From positions 1 through 40,734 of IMG/VR virus record IMGVR_UViG_2718217713_000001: a DNA stretch of 40,734 nucleotides; one strand, given 5' to 3'. The DNA is from a virus (lineage: Duplodnaviria; Heunggongvirae; Uroviricota; Caudoviricetes). The notes beneath the pieces were generated by a model. It had not been told where the DNA came from, did no database searches, and was given only the letters and a program-made list of their open reading frames with translations. This document shows positions 39,321 through 40,734 of the stretch, in pieces (position 1 is the first letter of the stretch; the number at the start of each line of letters is the position of its first letter). Position numbers and translations under genes: made by a program.

Positions 39321-40166
39321 CTATTGGCGAAGTGGCCATATTTTTCTGTTTTTTAAAAAACTATCTCCAACTATATAACTGCAACAATGTTCACTAAGGC
39401 CATAAAAACTAATTATTCCATATTTATGAGAAGCTATATCAGACAGTTCTGCTAATACTGTGGCAAGCCAACGAGCGATGCTAAGAGAATAGAATCTTCC
39501 CCATTTTTGAACAATGGTATTTTGTCCAGTACGGATGGAGGCTGATATAAGGTCTTGCATCATGTTGGTACTTTCATTCATATACATGATCGTTGTATAC
39601 GGCGAAAGAGTGGCATTGATAAACCTAGCATTTTCTTCAACACGTCTTTGTTCAACTGTATAATAATAATGTTTTTCAAGGATACTCTCGGCTACTTCTC
39701 CCCACCATTTATTAATAGGTTCATTATTGGTTAAATTGGGGCTGCTTAATGAAGAGAAATTTGCGTAACGTCCCCGTCGGGCATCAGCAAAGGAATCTAA
39801 ACATTCAAGTATTTTGTAGGTGATTTTATGTGTAGGACGTGAATATCTCAGAGATAGTTGCATTTTTTTAGAAATACTATCAACCTCGTTGGTTAATTCA
39901 ATGAGCTTATGTCCAAATTTTCTTACAATATTCTCGTCAGGCATTTTTCCTTTATGTTCAATGGCATAGTGTGCAACAAGTATTAGTTTAGCAAGTCTCT
40001 CAAAACCTACAGAAAGCCCAAAAAATGCAGTGTAATACTCACCTATTTTGTCTGCATAATTGGCTTTACCTATGGCTGTTGCCCCAGAACCAATGAGCTG
40101 TGTAACTAAAGATGCTTCTCGGCCCAGAGCGTGCCATGCTGGAATATCCCAGGGATTTTTATTCAC
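39321..40166 (-). CDS. AT-rich hypothetical protein (cargo downstream of truncated pin)
   Basis: 281-aa ORF, GTG start with AAAGGA upstream; low GC; no motif firmly recognised (one R-x5-H stretch, RYSRPTH). Confidence 0.5.
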   Translation of the reverse strand: MNKNPWDIPAWHALGREASLVTQLIGSGATAIGKANYADKIGEYYTAFFGLSVGFERLAKLILVAHYAIEHKGKMPDENIVRKFGHKLIELTNEVDSISKKMQLSLRYSRPTHKITYKILECLDSFADARRGRYANFSSLSSPNLTNNEPINKWWGEVAESILEKHYYYTVEQRRVEENARFINATLSPYTTIMYMNESTNMMQDLISASIRTGQNTIVQKWGRFYSLSIARWLATVLAELSDIASHKYGIISFYGLSEHCCSYIVGDSFLKNRKIWPLRQ

Positions 40167-40293
40167 TTTATTATTTTCCTTTGCTCATAAATTTAAATTG
40201 TTTGAGTATCTCATAAAATATAAGGAGGTGGTTAAGGTTGTTGATCGCATATAATAGCTATTGAAAGTCAAGAACTCGGTTTTATGTTCTACC

Positions 40294-40334
40294 ACTAATT
40301 AATATATTGTGAATCTTACAATATATTAATTAGT
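40294..40334. repeat. Perfect 17-bp inverted repeat with 7-nt spacer
   Basis: ACTAATTAATATATTGT-gaatctt-ACAATATATTAATTAGT read directly. Confidence 0.9.
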
Positions 40335-40467
40335 ATGATCAAACCAGCCATCAACTGATTCCTTGTATCTTTCAGAGTCTCCAGAATAAAAGCCTTAACG
40401 AATTCCTTATTTGTGAGTGCCTTACAAAAAGCCCATTGTTGCAGGGAACGAGTATAAAACTCGTCAG

Positions 40468-40734
40468 CTACTGGAGAAGGCTACCTGAACTTCGATCTAT
40501 TCCTGCATCCATATAGTTGATGGTCTTCTGGAGCTCTTCGATTAGGGCAACAGCTTTTGCTCGAGAAATGCATATTAGGTGATCCGGAAATTCTTGTAAG
40601 GGCCAGTTTGGTATACAGGCCATGTTATCAGTGAAGGATGCAGACAAGTAAACTTCATTGGTAACCAGAGAATAGCTTACCTCAAAATTGGTGAGCTCCG
40701 GCAAACTGCTAACGTTTGACTCTTTTCTGCGCAT
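40468..40734 (-). CDS. Hypothetical protein (88 aa; start codon at the window edge)
   Basis: Minus-strand ORF whose ATG is the last three bases of the window; true start could lie further upstream outside the window. Confidence 0.35.
   Translation of the reverse strand: MRRKESNVSSLPELTNFEVSYSLVTNEVYLSASFTDNMACIPNWPLQEFPDHLICISRAKAVALIEELQKTINYMDAGIDRSSGSLLQ

Noticed and set aside
40221-40245. Strong plus-strand Shine-Dalgarno-like AAGGAGGTG with no gene behind it
   Set aside because: Every downstream start candidate hits a stop codon within a few codons; it is probably just the reverse complement of the sequence upstream of the 281-aa gene, not an independent plus-strand gene

Overview
The window is almost entirely one integrated temperate phage (prophage) lying next to the chromosomal ferredoxin gene yfhL (1..261); its right end is not reached. 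All calls are from reading the sequence and the ORF track and from motif recall; no database search was run. Gene order: integrase (476..1873); a leftward early operon (2.0-12.3 kb) with an AlpA/Xis-like regulator, SNF2 helicase, VRR-NUC nuclease, family-A DNA polymerase, DUF2815 SSB-like and DUF2800 Cas4-like nuclease; cI-like repressor / cro-like switch (12.6-13.6 kb); a primase-polymerase initiator followed by a ten-copy GGTGGCAG iteron origin (13.6-16.1 kb); Q-type antiterminator and two intrinsic terminators; lysis cassette (dual-start holin, lambda-R-like endolysin, overlapped Rz/Rz1); HNH endonuclease, cos candidate, small and large terminase; HK97-type head genes; contractile Mu/SfV-like tail with a -1 frameshift chaperone, tape measure and baseplate; tail fibre with a Pin-type invertible segment. 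The most interesting candidates for undescribed biology are accessory genes: (1) a TIR-like-domain protein (5061..5822) inside the early operon, closed off by its own terminator; (2) a 3'-truncated pin invertase followed by AT-rich cargo (281-aa and 88-aa proteins plus a perfect 17-bp palindrome) at the position where related prophages carry defence genes; (3) three AT-rich morons (membrane protein 3535..4332 behind a (TC)5(TA)9 microsatellite, small membrane protein 8007..8276, exported protein 31450..31980 with its own promoter and terminator); (4) a 113-aa gene between a putative late promoter and the first late terminator. No rRNA, tRNA or CRISPR array was found.
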